64,000 bases of DNA from Chlorokybus atmophyticus (lineage: Eukaryota > Plantae > Mesostigma and Chlorokybus algae), in contig RHPI01000810.1 in assembly GCA_009103225.1 (NCBI GenBank), positions 847,909-911,908 of the forward strand, in the 5' to 3' direction. The notes beneath the pieces were generated by a model, which worked only from the letters and a program-made list of their open reading frames with translations, was not told the DNA's origin and made no database searches. Position numbers and translations under genes: made by a program. Of the stretch, positions 36,501 through 48,029 are shown piece by piece. Position 1 is the stretch's first letter. Each line of letters opens with the position of its first letter.

Positions 36501-38329
36501 TCTTGTTGAATCAGCCCTACACGCTGATATCAACAAGTTGTGAGTTGAGGGTTTGATATCGACCGCTTGAAATAAATCTGGCGGCCCTACCGCACTGAAT
36601 GGCGGCCAAAACAGCCCAAATTGGCATTAGACTGCTTTCTTGGGGTGGGAGAAGTGAGTAAACAATCACAACCCCCCCTTACACCACCATGAATCCACGT
36701 GGTGGCATCCCCAACCACGAGCACACTCACAAGTAATAATGTGATAATGTAGTTACAAGTGATGTGCTGGGATGCAATACTTGAGGTGAGGCTGCCTGAG
36801 TGGCCGCCTCCCCTTTACACTAACAAGGTAGGCTAGGCCAGGCAAGCTGGGCTAGGCTACACCAGCAGCAGCAACCATACAACTATACAATTATACAACA
36901 ACAACAACCAGCTAACAACCACCACTACCCAACCTAGTGGGTAGCGGCTGCTAGCTGCCGCAGCTGTCAGGCCGCCGGCCTGACGTCGGCTGTGAGCAGT
37001 GCTGACTGCCGCCTCTACGCCCCACCGCCGCTAAAGCCGTTGCCGCCCCAGGCCCCCAAGCCCTCGCTCCGATACCAAATGTAAGAAGGGGGCTGCTACC
37101 GCCCCCTTTAATCCCCTACCCCAACACCACCACCACAGCCACGTCGCCGCCGCCGCCGCCGCTGGCAGCCAGGGGATTGAAAGATCCCCTGGCTATGGCG
37201 GTCGCTGCGTTAGCAGTGCCGCCATGCGGTCGATATCGACTTGAGACATTTTATATTACTTGTAGTAGAGCAAGAGCGCAGCAAGCCCAGCATGGCATAC
37301 AAGAGCGCGTGCACGCACATGAACACAAACACGGACATGCACGTACGCGCATTCATATGCGCACGCGTGCGAACAATAGTCACCAAGCAGATGTAGTGCA
37401 ATGCAAAGCATCATTAAATGGCACACAAAAACGCGTGCTTGTGCGGACATACAGACAAGTGCACGCGCCCAGCCTCTAACAACTATCAGCTGAAACACTC
37501 ACCGAGTTGTCATGACACCCACAATGTACACAGCAATTGTACACAGACGCCAACAGCTTCTACCTCAATGCACTTGAGGAAAACTTACAAAACGCAGCAC
37601 ATTCACACACAACAATACTACACAACCGCCTCAAATGGCTTTAAGCTAAATGCACTTAAATTCAACCTACAGAACACAGCATATTTACACGCAGCACTTG
37701 TACAAGCGCTGTGAACAATTACTAGCTGAATGCTTACTTTGCAATTAAAGATGCTGATGTTTATTCAGCCCCTCCTTCCCCCCACGTTGTACGCACAGCA
37801 GCCACGTTCACCGCCGCCGCCGCAACTTTTGGTGTAGCGTGAGCCAGCTGCAGGGCGTCATGCAGGGTTCGAACGTCGGCTCCTACTTGTGTTCAATCTT
37901 TCATGATAGCTCGTCCTAATGCGGCCCTTCCTCTCCCTTCCCCTCCTGCAAGCTACCGCAGCGACACCGCCGCCGTCGCCGCCGCTAGTCTAATGGCACT
38001 AACCTCGCTGTTGACCCTGGCCGCCAGACATTGACGTTAAGTCAAGATATTAGGGCGGGGTGGGGTGAGAGCTTAACATTTCAATTAAAAAACAAAAAGA
38101 AAGAAAGAAAAACAAATTGCTGCTTGGTTATATACTCTTTGCGTATACACACTTCTTTGCCTAAATACTTCTCCTTCTATTCTGTTGTCGCTGAAACAAT
38201 GCATTGCAACTACAACACTGTTCATCACCAGGGGATGGAGTACACAGCGCAGAAGGCCTACTTGTGCATGCAGTGCACGAAGACTCGCACAACAGTTGCA
38301 GGACTTGCAAAGGTAAGTTGTGTGTGGCA

Positions 38330-40955
38330 ATGCCGGGCATCCCGGCGGCGGCGGCAGCAGCGCCCGACACCGGGCCGAGCTCCGGGACGAGGAGGTCTCC
38401 TGTATTCTTGTGGGGCGGAGGAGCGCAGGAGCTGCTTCTGTCTTCGTCGTCATCAGCGGCGGAGGACCGAGGGGACAGCAGCGTCACATGGCGGAGGGCG
38501 TCCTGGGCAGCGCCTACCCCAGCGCAGCGCCGCCTCGCCCACGACACCGCCCACGCCTACGCCAACCTCAAGCGCACCCTCGCCGCCGCCGCCTCCTCCT
38601 CGTTCTCCTCCGACGAGCCCAGAAGGTGAGCCCTGCATGTGTATAAGCAACGACACGTCCAGCCATGTCGGCCACATGCACGACAACGACCGCCGCCTTC
38701 TCGTGCAGGCGGGCGGCGGCGGTGAAGGAGTACGCCCGGGCCGTGGGCGACGCCCTGGGCGCCGCACCCGAGCCTCAGGTGCTGCCCTCTGAAGACGAGG
38801 ACAACCAGCAGAAGGAGGAGAAGGATGAGGAGGCGGAGAAAGGCGATGAAGAGTTGGGCAGGCTGCGGGCGGCGTGGGAGCTTCTGCGCATTTGCTTCTT
38901 GACGGATTACGTGTGTGATGATACCCGCAGTTATGGCCTGGCAGAAACGCTCCTTACCTGGATTAGGGTGAGAGACCATCACATTGCTGCCAATATGAAG
39001 TGTTGTGCATGCTTGCTATGCCTGAATGTTGGTATGATGTAAAGCGTCAACGTCATGTGCGTGTGCATGTTAATGTGTGCGTGACTAATGGCGCATGCAC
39101 AGCGCAACCATGCGGCTCTGCTCGGTGAAGGCGGTGGGACGTGTGCGACGCTGCTGCGCGAGGTGCGCCCCTGGCTCCACGCGTCACAGGTACGAATGCT
39201 CGCGTCTACTTAAAATTGGTGCAGTGGTTCCAATTGATGGTGAATAATGTCTCATCAGGATTATCATCTTTCCTCAGGCCCCTGAGGAGCATGAAGTGTA
39301 TTGGCGCTGCTTCGCTGCGCTCGTCGCACAGGGCTGGATCGACCAAGCGGTGCGTGCACTCAAGTTTTTGGCAGCAGTATCTATTCATCTGCTTTTCGCG
39401 CGCAAGTGACTGACACACAGTTATTGGTGTGTTTTTGCAGCTGGAGCTTCTCAAGTTCCACAGCTCTCACGTGCACGAACGCCGCTTCACCAACCCCGTG
39501 GCCAGGGTGCGTGTGCATGTGCGCATGCGCGCATATGCGTGTGTCTTATGTACGCGCATCTGGGCGTGTGCATGTGTGTGCGCATTAGTGTGCGTGCGAG
39601 CGCACGTGGCTTGCATGCGCAGCTGCTATTGGTAACATTCACCCTCCACCATGGCCCAACAGGCGCAGCTGGAGGCGGTGGAGGGCGTGAGCTTGCTGCT
39701 TGAGCGCATGCCACGCGCGTCGGGTGATCCTGCCCAACAGCAGGCTTTCAACTACGCGCGTGCACAGTGGCTTGCGGAGTGTCGCAAGCTCCTTCACGAC
39801 GAGTACAACACCGTGGCGTGGGACGCGTGCAACGCAGCCACAGCGCGGGGCCTCAGGACCGCGCTGCGCGTCATGTTGGGTGAGGACCACACCGCCGAGG
39901 ACCTTGCAAAGGGTTGGCTGGAGAGACTCAGCGTCAAGCTGAAGCACGTCAAACCGCATGCGCGAGGGTTGAGCGAGGCGCGTGTGCTTGCGGGAGAGTG
40001 CGCACGAGCCGTAATAGAAGAAGGCTCCGAAGAGGCGCTCTCTCACCCTCTTGACGCGCTCGTGGCCGCGGCGCTCGCGCGGGATGTCAGCGCAACCGTG
40101 TCGGCGTGTTCACAAGCGCTCGGGGCGTGGGGCCTGCCTCATGTTGTGCCTATGCTCCCGCCGCTGGAGAGAGACACCGTGGCTCCACTGGAGGAGACTT
40201 ACGTCACAAACTACGCGCTCTCGCTCTTTGCGCACGCTGCCACGTGGCAGCTTGGCGCGCAATACCTCGCTTTGGCTGGCAGCGAGCAGTGCACACACAT
40301 CCTCGCCGCCGCCCTCGAGCGCGTGGCTGTCCAGAACCCCGATGATGACCTCCTTGCGATGAAAGTGCTTCATGTTGCGCGCCAGTCCGAGCTTCAGAGT
40401 GTTGTGAAGAGCGTGAGTTTGGGCGTCGGTACGCGCAAGTGGCAGCGCGGCATGCGCGGGGATGCAATAGGTTGGCTTCGGGCTGCACATGCGACCCATC
40501 ATCTTGCCTCTGTCGCTCGCACGCTCGCTACTGATGGCAATGTTGCGGACATATCCACGCTGCTGGACGACATTGACGGCAATGATGACGACACAATCGA
40601 CCCGCTGCGCCAGCTGCAGCTTCAGCATCGACTACGCAGCGCAATGCAAAGCGGCTCACCCGCCGCGGTTGCGTTGTTGCTGGATGTTGTACGCTCGCAA
40701 GCATCGGCGGACACGCGTGTGCGAGTACTGTTCGAGGCAATCCCGCTGCTGGAAGGCGAGAGAGGTGTCTTGGACTTGAAGCAGGTGGGCGAGCTTGTTG
40801 CGAGCGTGCATGGAGCGGAGAGGGAGATGATGAAGATGGGGCCGGACGGGAAGAGGAGTGGGGAGAGTGGCGAGCGAGCACGAGCGCAGGTACAAGCTGT
40901 TAGGCTCACGCTGGCCAGGGCGCATGCTCGGGCGTTTCTATCACAGGGTTCATGA
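38330..40955 (+). CDS. NUP85: Nucleoporin NUP85, multi-exon
   Basis: MPG..SPVFLWGGG start, AAWELLRICFL, YWRCFAALVAQGW, LEAVEGVSLLLERMPR and GLRTALRVMLG, all collinear with plant NUP85. Large last exon ends TGA at 40955. Confidence 0.88.
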
Positions 40956-42729
40956 TGGCGTCTGTGCTTGTCGGGCACCTCCACTTGCTTTCAGGGTTTG
41001 CAGGCAGCTCCAGCATGCACGCGTCTGTGCGTGCTGTGGCTGCAGTGGCTTGTGACCATAGACTGATGAAGGTGGAGACTAAGGGCTTACATTCGAGTAC
41101 ACTGCGTACAGTATGGGTGCTTTGCGGTTCAGTGTACAGTGCCCATCCATATATATGTATATATGTTCTGTCAGTCACTCCCATCTGTTATTTTGTCGCT
41201 CCCTCTTGCATTGGTGTATGTGATTATATTGTATATCTTTCGTATTATTTGTGGAATTAATCGTATAGTCTTGCTAAGGTAGTTGTTGTAGAGGAGAGCA
41301 GGCATCCGTGCTTGCAACAGGAATCCATGTCTACAAGCCAAGTTGGCGGTGTCTCAAAAGGAATGGAGCCGAGGCACAGCATTGAATACAACTCAGGTCA
41401 AGTCGTTGCCGCTCAACCTGGCTACCTACTGTGAGGAGAGCACGTCAGTGTGCTCATGATTCTGCATGTATTGCATGACACAATGTTTGGTCAGGCATGC
41501 TGTGGCTGCATATGCCATGTGAGGTTACATAGTTGCCACAGCTAGGTAGTGAGTTAGTGGACTGTGTGTAGCCCGGTGGTTAATAACCTTGGTAGTGAAT
41601 GTTGCCGTGTGCATTGCGTTTGCATGTGTGCTGTGGATTGCATGTGTCAGCACGGTCATGTGCATCACACTGCATGTTTTGTACACACTTGCCATCGACT
41701 TACACTGACAGCCATTATGCAAGCGGCGACACCCTAACCCTAAGACTCTGGCGGCTGCATTGGCGGGGGTTGCCCCTATTGGCAACTTCACTAGTTGTGG
41801 CGCTGTTTGTCCAGGTACGGCGTTGTTGTCCTAGCTGTGCTCGCTTATGGGTGGTGCTGCTATGGGACCAGCGCACTACTTGCTGCCTTGCTATCATTCT
41901 TTGTCTTTGCAGGTCTAACATTAACTTGGCTGCCTGTGCCTTCCCTAGTGTGCCTACCGTGTGCAACTTGTTGTTGTTGTGCTTGTGCTTAGCGTGCGTG
42001 TGCTGCTGCTGGTCCTGCCACTTTATATGCATATGTTATATCCTTGTATCCTCGTCACTCGAAGGCAGTCGCAAGCAGATGCTTGTCACACCGTGTTGCA
42101 CACACTCCACTACGTCCATGAAGTTAACATGCTGCACACGCTTAGCATTTATTGCATGTTTGCAACTGTATCTAACGTGTTTTTTGAACATATTTAACGT
42201 ACTTGTCCCAGTCAAGGGCCTACAGTTGATACTAGCTCTTGTACGTACACCACATTGCATTCCTAGTGCACAGTTCGTTGAGTCATGTTTTCCCAAAGAC
42301 AATGCACACAAACGTAACAGCATGCACTGTCAGCTTGAGCTGGCTTGCAATGCACAAACATGGTCTCTTTGCAAAATTGCCTACACCACAGATGCGCAAC
42401 ACCACGCAGCACATGCTTATGTACTGAGCACTGAGCCTAACACGACGCACATGAGCACTGCAAAACACCCACAACGATACAGCACAGTACCCGCGCTGTA
42501 TCCACCCCTGTGCCCAACCTAACTACCCCGACAGTGCAAAACAAAGCCTGAGAAGTGGTGCCAACCCCTCTACAGTGTCTCTCTCAGGCTGAGCAAGCTT
42601 CTCTTCTCCGCTTGCTTCTTCTTGCTGTCTTTAGGCCCGCGCGTTGATGGTGTGCTGGAGTGACAATTGTTACGACGTGCCCATGTTGTATGCATGGGTT
42701 GTAGAAAGAAGTCGGCAACATGCCAAGCT

Positions 42730-43718
42730 TTACTCAATGACATCGCCAGCAGCACCGAGTCCATTGCCGATACGGCTTGTTGCATCACTTTTGACGGCAT
42801 CCTTGAAACGAGCACCGGCAGAGAAACCGGGCACCCTGAAGTAAGGTTTTTATTGGCGAGATATCTTCTGAAGCGACAGCTAAAGATTGCACCGGAAATG
42901 GACTGCATGCATCAGCAGTGCGAGAACATGCCTAGCAAGAGCAAGAGTTGCATTGCACCATGCAACCTTTGCAGTGGCAAGGAATGCAGTAACAATTGAT
43001 GCAATGTTACCAGCTAGACTGCTGCATGAAAGACTATGAGCATGTATAATGCACTATGCACCTAATGCATGCGCTGGGGAAGCTAGACAAGCTGGACAGG
43101 CCGCCTAGAAAATGAACGAGACATGCACAAAGCCAACACAGCAACAACGGCAACTGTGTTTCTCAGAAGGCGCTGCAACCAGCACAAATTGCACAAGTCA
43201 TTGCACGAGATCGCAGAACGCATTTCTTGAGAGCTTTGGTTTAAGGCAGGTTAAAGTGCAATGCAATGCTAGCAGCACCTTTGTTCTGGGATTGTAATGC
43301 CTTCGCCTGTCTGCGGGTTGCGGCCGTTGCGCTCGCGGCGGATGCGAGGCTCAAAGGTGCCGAAGCCCGTGAGCACCACGCGCTTGCCGGAGGCCACGGC
43401 CTCCACAATCTCCTCCAGGGCGGCGCCCACCACCTTGCTGGCGTGCGAGGCGCTCAGATCGCCGCCCACGCGCTCGGCCACGAGTTTCGCCAGCTGCTTG
43501 CGGCTCACCACGCCCTCGTCGCCGGCCGCCTCATCATCCTTGCTTTGGCCGTTGCTGCCGGCGCTGGCAGCCCTCTTGGTGGAGCCGGCGGGCCGCCCCG
43601 CCGCCACCGCCGCCGTCTTCACCCCTCGGTGCTGGCTGCTGCTGCTGCTGCACGCCGGCCGCAGGCGCACGGACACAGCGGCGGCGGCGGCAGTGGAGGC
43701 GGCGGCGGCGGCGGCCAT
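42730..43718 (-). CDS. Plastid-targeted HU/IHF-like nucleoid protein (HLP), 2 exons (43718-43279, 42835-42730)
   Basis: Ala/Ser/Arg-rich transit peptide, then SRKQLAKLVAE..GKRVVLTGFGTFEPRIRRERNGRNPQTGEGITIPEQR. The splice continues it as VPGFSAGARFKDAV, completing the HU domain. Confidence 0.9.
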
Positions 43719-44083
43719 GCTGGCGGAGTCCACACCCTTGACGAGCAGCAGAGACGCCGCTGCCCTCCTCAGCATGATCAGCCTCGCGGACACCAGTTCA
43801 CACCACCCTAGAACTCCTGCCGGCCTTTCCACTTCTCTCACACCCCTCTCCCCTGCGACGACGACCACCGCGCCGCCGCCGACGACAATGACACCCACCA
43901 CGCCCACAATGCCGCCGCCACGACGGCCGCACTCGATGGCAAACCCTAATTCAACAACCTCGAGTTACTGTACACCGACCGTCGACACGTCAGCAGGACT
44001 GTGAGTGTCGGCGTACACACCATTGCTTACGTACAAACCACTTGTGCTGTTGTCCGGTACGCTGCACACGCATGCGCGGCGAC

Positions 44084-45716
44084 ATGGCGGCGACGGCGGT
44101 GGCGGTGGCGGAGGTTGTGCAAGGCGGCGGGGATGTAGTGGTAGACGGCAATGACGACGCCATGGCGCGGGTGATGTCTGCTATAGGGCGCACGTCATTA
44201 TTCGTGGCGGCGGGTCGGGCGCATGAGTCCCGCCGCTCGGACGCCCTGTTCAGGGATGTGCTGGCGGAGGCGCTGGCCGATGCGGCGGCGGCGGAGCCAG
44301 ATGACAACGTTGTCAACGTTGAAGAGCACGGGCACGTGGGCCCGCATCAACCCCACCTCCTGGCGTTCGTGGCTACTCGCACACGCTACCTCGACGACCA
44401 GATGCTAGCAGCCCTCTCCACCGAACCCCATCCCAAACAGGTGAGGACACGCAAACATTCGTTTACACACGCACGCACAGCCCCCNNNNNNNNNNNNNNN
44501 NNNNNNNNNNNNNNNNNNNNNNNNNNNNNNNNNNNNNNNNNNNNNNNNNNNNNNNNNNNNNNNNNNNNNNNNNNNNNNNNNNNNNNNNNNNNNNNNNNNN
44601 NNNNNNNNNNNNNNNNNNNNNNNNNNNNNNNNNNNNNNNNNNNNNNNNNNNNNNNNNNNNNNNNNNNNNNNNNNNNNNNNNNNNNNNNNNNNNNNNNNNN
44701 NNNNNNNCCTTCCCCCCAATGTGCAGGTGTGCTATTGTTGCTACCATTGCATGCATTGTGTATGGCATGGTAGGCGTACAGGCTACCTGGGAACATGTAT
44801 GTGTAGAAGCACTCCATGCATCGAACGCGGTGTGCTTGTTGTTGTTGCTCACAGTGTTCTTTTACTTAGTTGCGTGCTTGCCGTGTTGAGATGGCCTAGT
44901 ATGTACGTTGATGTTGGCTGGTTGTTTGATCGTTTGCTCAGTGGGCTAGTTGCTGGTTGCTTGGTTGTATCGATGCATAGCTGGTTGTTCATATGCTTGT
45001 TAGCCATGTGTGCGGAAATGACACGTGTGTTCTCATACGCATGCCATTGCAACACCTCTGCGTACAAACACGTGTTCGTGCTTCAGATAGTCATCTTGGG
45101 TTCCGGGATGGACGCCCGTCCATGGCGTCTCTCTCCCCCCTCGGGTGTCCCTCTGCCCGACCTGGCTGTGGATGTGGATCAGGCGCACATCCTGGACGCC
45201 AAGTCTTCTTTCCTGTCTAGACTCGCCTTGCCCCTCACCCTCGCACGCAAGCACGTCGCTGTCCCAATGGACCTGCGCAACCCCACCTTCCATAACATAC
45301 TCTCTCCATCTCCCAACACATTACCTACATTGTGGCTCATGGAGGGCCTGGTGCGCTTCTTCACAGCAGACCAGATGGATGACATCGTGCGTGCCGCCGC
45401 AGAGGTCTCTGCTCCCGGCAGCGTCCTGCTCGTGACCGTGCCAAGCGCTGAAGAAGCGCACCGGATGGGTGTCAATGTGGGTGACAACAACAACAACAAC
45501 AATGATGCGAACAATGGCAGCGATCCCCGGTGGCGTTTCACTTGCAATAATCCCCGCGCGTGGTTCAGCCGCCACGGGTGGGTTGTGACGGAGGTGAAGA
45601 GTGCTAAGGAGGTGCGGGAGATGTACGGAAGAGAGGTGGTGGGTCAGGTGGGAGACGGGGATTGGGTGGTAAATAAGCTGTTGTTCGTCACGTGCAGGAA
45701 AGAGGGAGGGGAGTAG
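44084..45716 (+). CDS. SAM-dependent methyltransferase, TIGR00027/LCM family, copy 1 (exons 44084-44440, 45087-45716)
   Basis: GRTSLFVAAGRAHES..DALFRDVLA, TRTRYLDD, VILGSGMDARPWRL and LWLMEGLVRFF. Confidence 0.85.
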
Positions 45717-46479
45717 GGTGGTGTGTGTCGTTTTTGTGTCATTCAAGATGGCAGGGCTGACAATGTGTTGATGTGTGATTTCGGCTGTCGTTGATTGTTA
45801 GAGTTTTGCAAAACAGTAGTTGGTTGAGACGTTGCTAGTCAGGTAGGGTTAGGTATGCATTTCGCAAGCAAAATGGATTTTGCTTATATCGGGTCTTCTG
45901 GTTAGTGTTGAGAGCATGAAGGCCGCATGTCTCGCATATGACATCATGGGGTACCGATCAAAGACTCTGTTCCAAACTGTTACATGTGGGCCATCACGTG
46001 CTTGAGGTGACAAGGCTTACCTGTTTGCGTGTTTTTACACATTACATGGTCAAAGATGATGACCAGAATACCTACGATGATAATGAACCAGGACGCGGGC
46101 AAGCGAACACAGCGGGTCCCTCAATGTGGGGTACTAATGTAAGTAGCTGGACGAGAAGTGCAGCGGCATGCACAAAGTTTGGCAGATTCTGGAATTCCGA
46201 ACAACTGCGCGTGCGTGCAAGCTTGGTTGTGTATTGCACGTGCACACACACACACGTGTACGCATGCTACATTGTATATATGGGCTTTGCAGTAGGTCTG
46301 ATGCAGTAAACGCTCACAACTAGCACTCCTACTCAAGCCAACACACGCCAGAACACAGCCACTCTCAATCACCAACGGGTAGGGGCAGTAACTAGCTACA
46401 TGCGCTGCCCAAGTGCATGCAAGGTGGGATGGGAGCGGGCAAGGGGCAAGTAGACAGCAGTCAGAGCAGGCAGTGTATG

Positions 46480-47000
46480 TGGCTGCACCACACGAGGCAC
46501 AGGCATGCATCACGTACACTACATCACATAATCACCCCAATCACTGCCAGCGCTTTGCTGTTCTGTGCGTCGCTAAGCGTTGGCACAAGCTCCCTGGTGC
46601 TGCGGTTGCACCATGACAACCATGCTGCATGTGTGGACCCGCCTGCACGCTGACTGCACGCCTAAGCCTCGGTCAACACACATATGTCAGGCCGCACAGA
46701 TGATTCTCTTGTGCTTGCGCGCGTGAAGTGTATATGGGTGGGTGCAGTTGTGCAGGTGTGCGCGTGCGTGCAAGGATACCCGATGCGGCTGTGCTGTGCG
46801 GTTGCGCATGCGGTGATACGAGTGGACGCTGCAAGAAAGGCCTTGCCGGGGATGTCAAATGCTGTGCTGGCGCTTGAGTTGATCCAGGCCGAGGCATGCT
46901 GTATCCGCGCAAAGTGCGGCACGCTGGTTGGCGTAATCGAGAGCCCAGCGAGCCGCCGCATCACCTGCACGTGCTCCTCCTCCTCCTCCTCCTCACCCTT
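46480..47000 (-). pseudogene. Diverged duplicate of URI1 3' UTR and internal exon fragment
   Basis: EEHVQVMRRLA and PQRPLVSPHAQPH mirror EEHARVMRRLA and PQRPLVSPQPQPH at 54240-54560. Segment 46480-46650 resembles 53620-53790. Confidence 0.65.
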
Positions 47001-48029
47001 GCATCTTGACACATGCACATGGCTTCAGCTTCGTTCTTCCCAACACCATGTACGCGCACCATTGGTGGGCAACCCAATTTCGGCGACAGCGCTTTTTGGA
47101 CTGTGGTGAGCGCTGTGAGCCGTGGATGGCGGTGGGCTTTTAAAAACTGTTAGATTACGCATAGGTTCAAACGCGAGCCCGTTTGGACAAGTATAACGGG
47201 AGTTCTGAATTTTTGTAAATATTGAGTTTAGGTGAAATGCTATGTCATAGCGACTAAGTGATATAACTTCTAAAGGCGAATGAGTTTTGACATGCGGTTT
47301 GTTGTAGTGTTTTAGCTAATAATGCAACTTCTATCAAAGTTTTAGCTTGATTGAATCAAATATGAGAAACTTAGTGTGCCACCTCTATCGCGTATTGCCT
47401 TACACTTTTTGATTCCGTAAATGCTGTATCTTTTGACCTAGGTTAGCTTTGGGTGTGGGGTTTGTTGCATTGTGTTATTTAATAGCAAAGGCAACTTGTT
47501 ACAAAGTTGCAACCTATTCAGCTGAGAAACCAAGAAGTTAGTGTGGCACCCCTAACGCAACATGCGTAAGGTGCAAGCTAACATAGTTGGTGCTGCTAGC
47601 TGCCTGGTCTAACGCAAATAAGGTGTTCCCTTTGCTTTGTGCTAGTGTTTTGCTGAAGGTTTTATGCTTGGGTGCTCGCATACAAGTGGTCAGGAGCATT
47701 GCTAGCATGCAAGGAGTGTGAGGCACACGGACTTGGTGTGATGGTAAAATTAGCATTTCAAGGTGGCTATGCCTACACAAGTAAGTTTCTAATTGCTATC
47801 TCAACACTATGCTATGGACAATGCTATCTTTGCTACCGTAGCGTAGTGGCTGTCGGGCTCAGAGGTCTTCTCATCCTCGCCCATGTGTTGCACCTATCGC
47901 CAGCAGTTTATGGTGCCTTAGTACTCGCACGCTGCTGGTAGGTGAGAAGGACTGCAGCCAGCAGTGCCAAACGCGACACCAACAAATAAGTTCAGCTGCG
48001 CGCAAAGGCACAGCTGAACAAGCACAAGA

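Noticed and set aside
38200-38320. Cys/His-containing short ORF ending at an AAG|GTAAGT donor just upstream of NUP85
   Set aside because: No recognisable domain or matching acceptor, and NUP85's own ATG (MPG..) fits orthologues. It may be a UTR or alternative exon but is unsupported.
41599-42522. 307-aa plus-strand ORF and a CCCTAACCCTAA motif at ~41730
   Set aside because: Low-complexity Cys/Leu-rich translation of TG-rich intergenic DNA. Two telomere-like units are within chance.
43220-43262. Apparent HU C-terminus-like words (PA..KALKKCV) right after the HU ORF stop
   Set aside because: Out of frame and inside the intron. A clean spliced exon at 42835-42730 supplies the true C-terminus.
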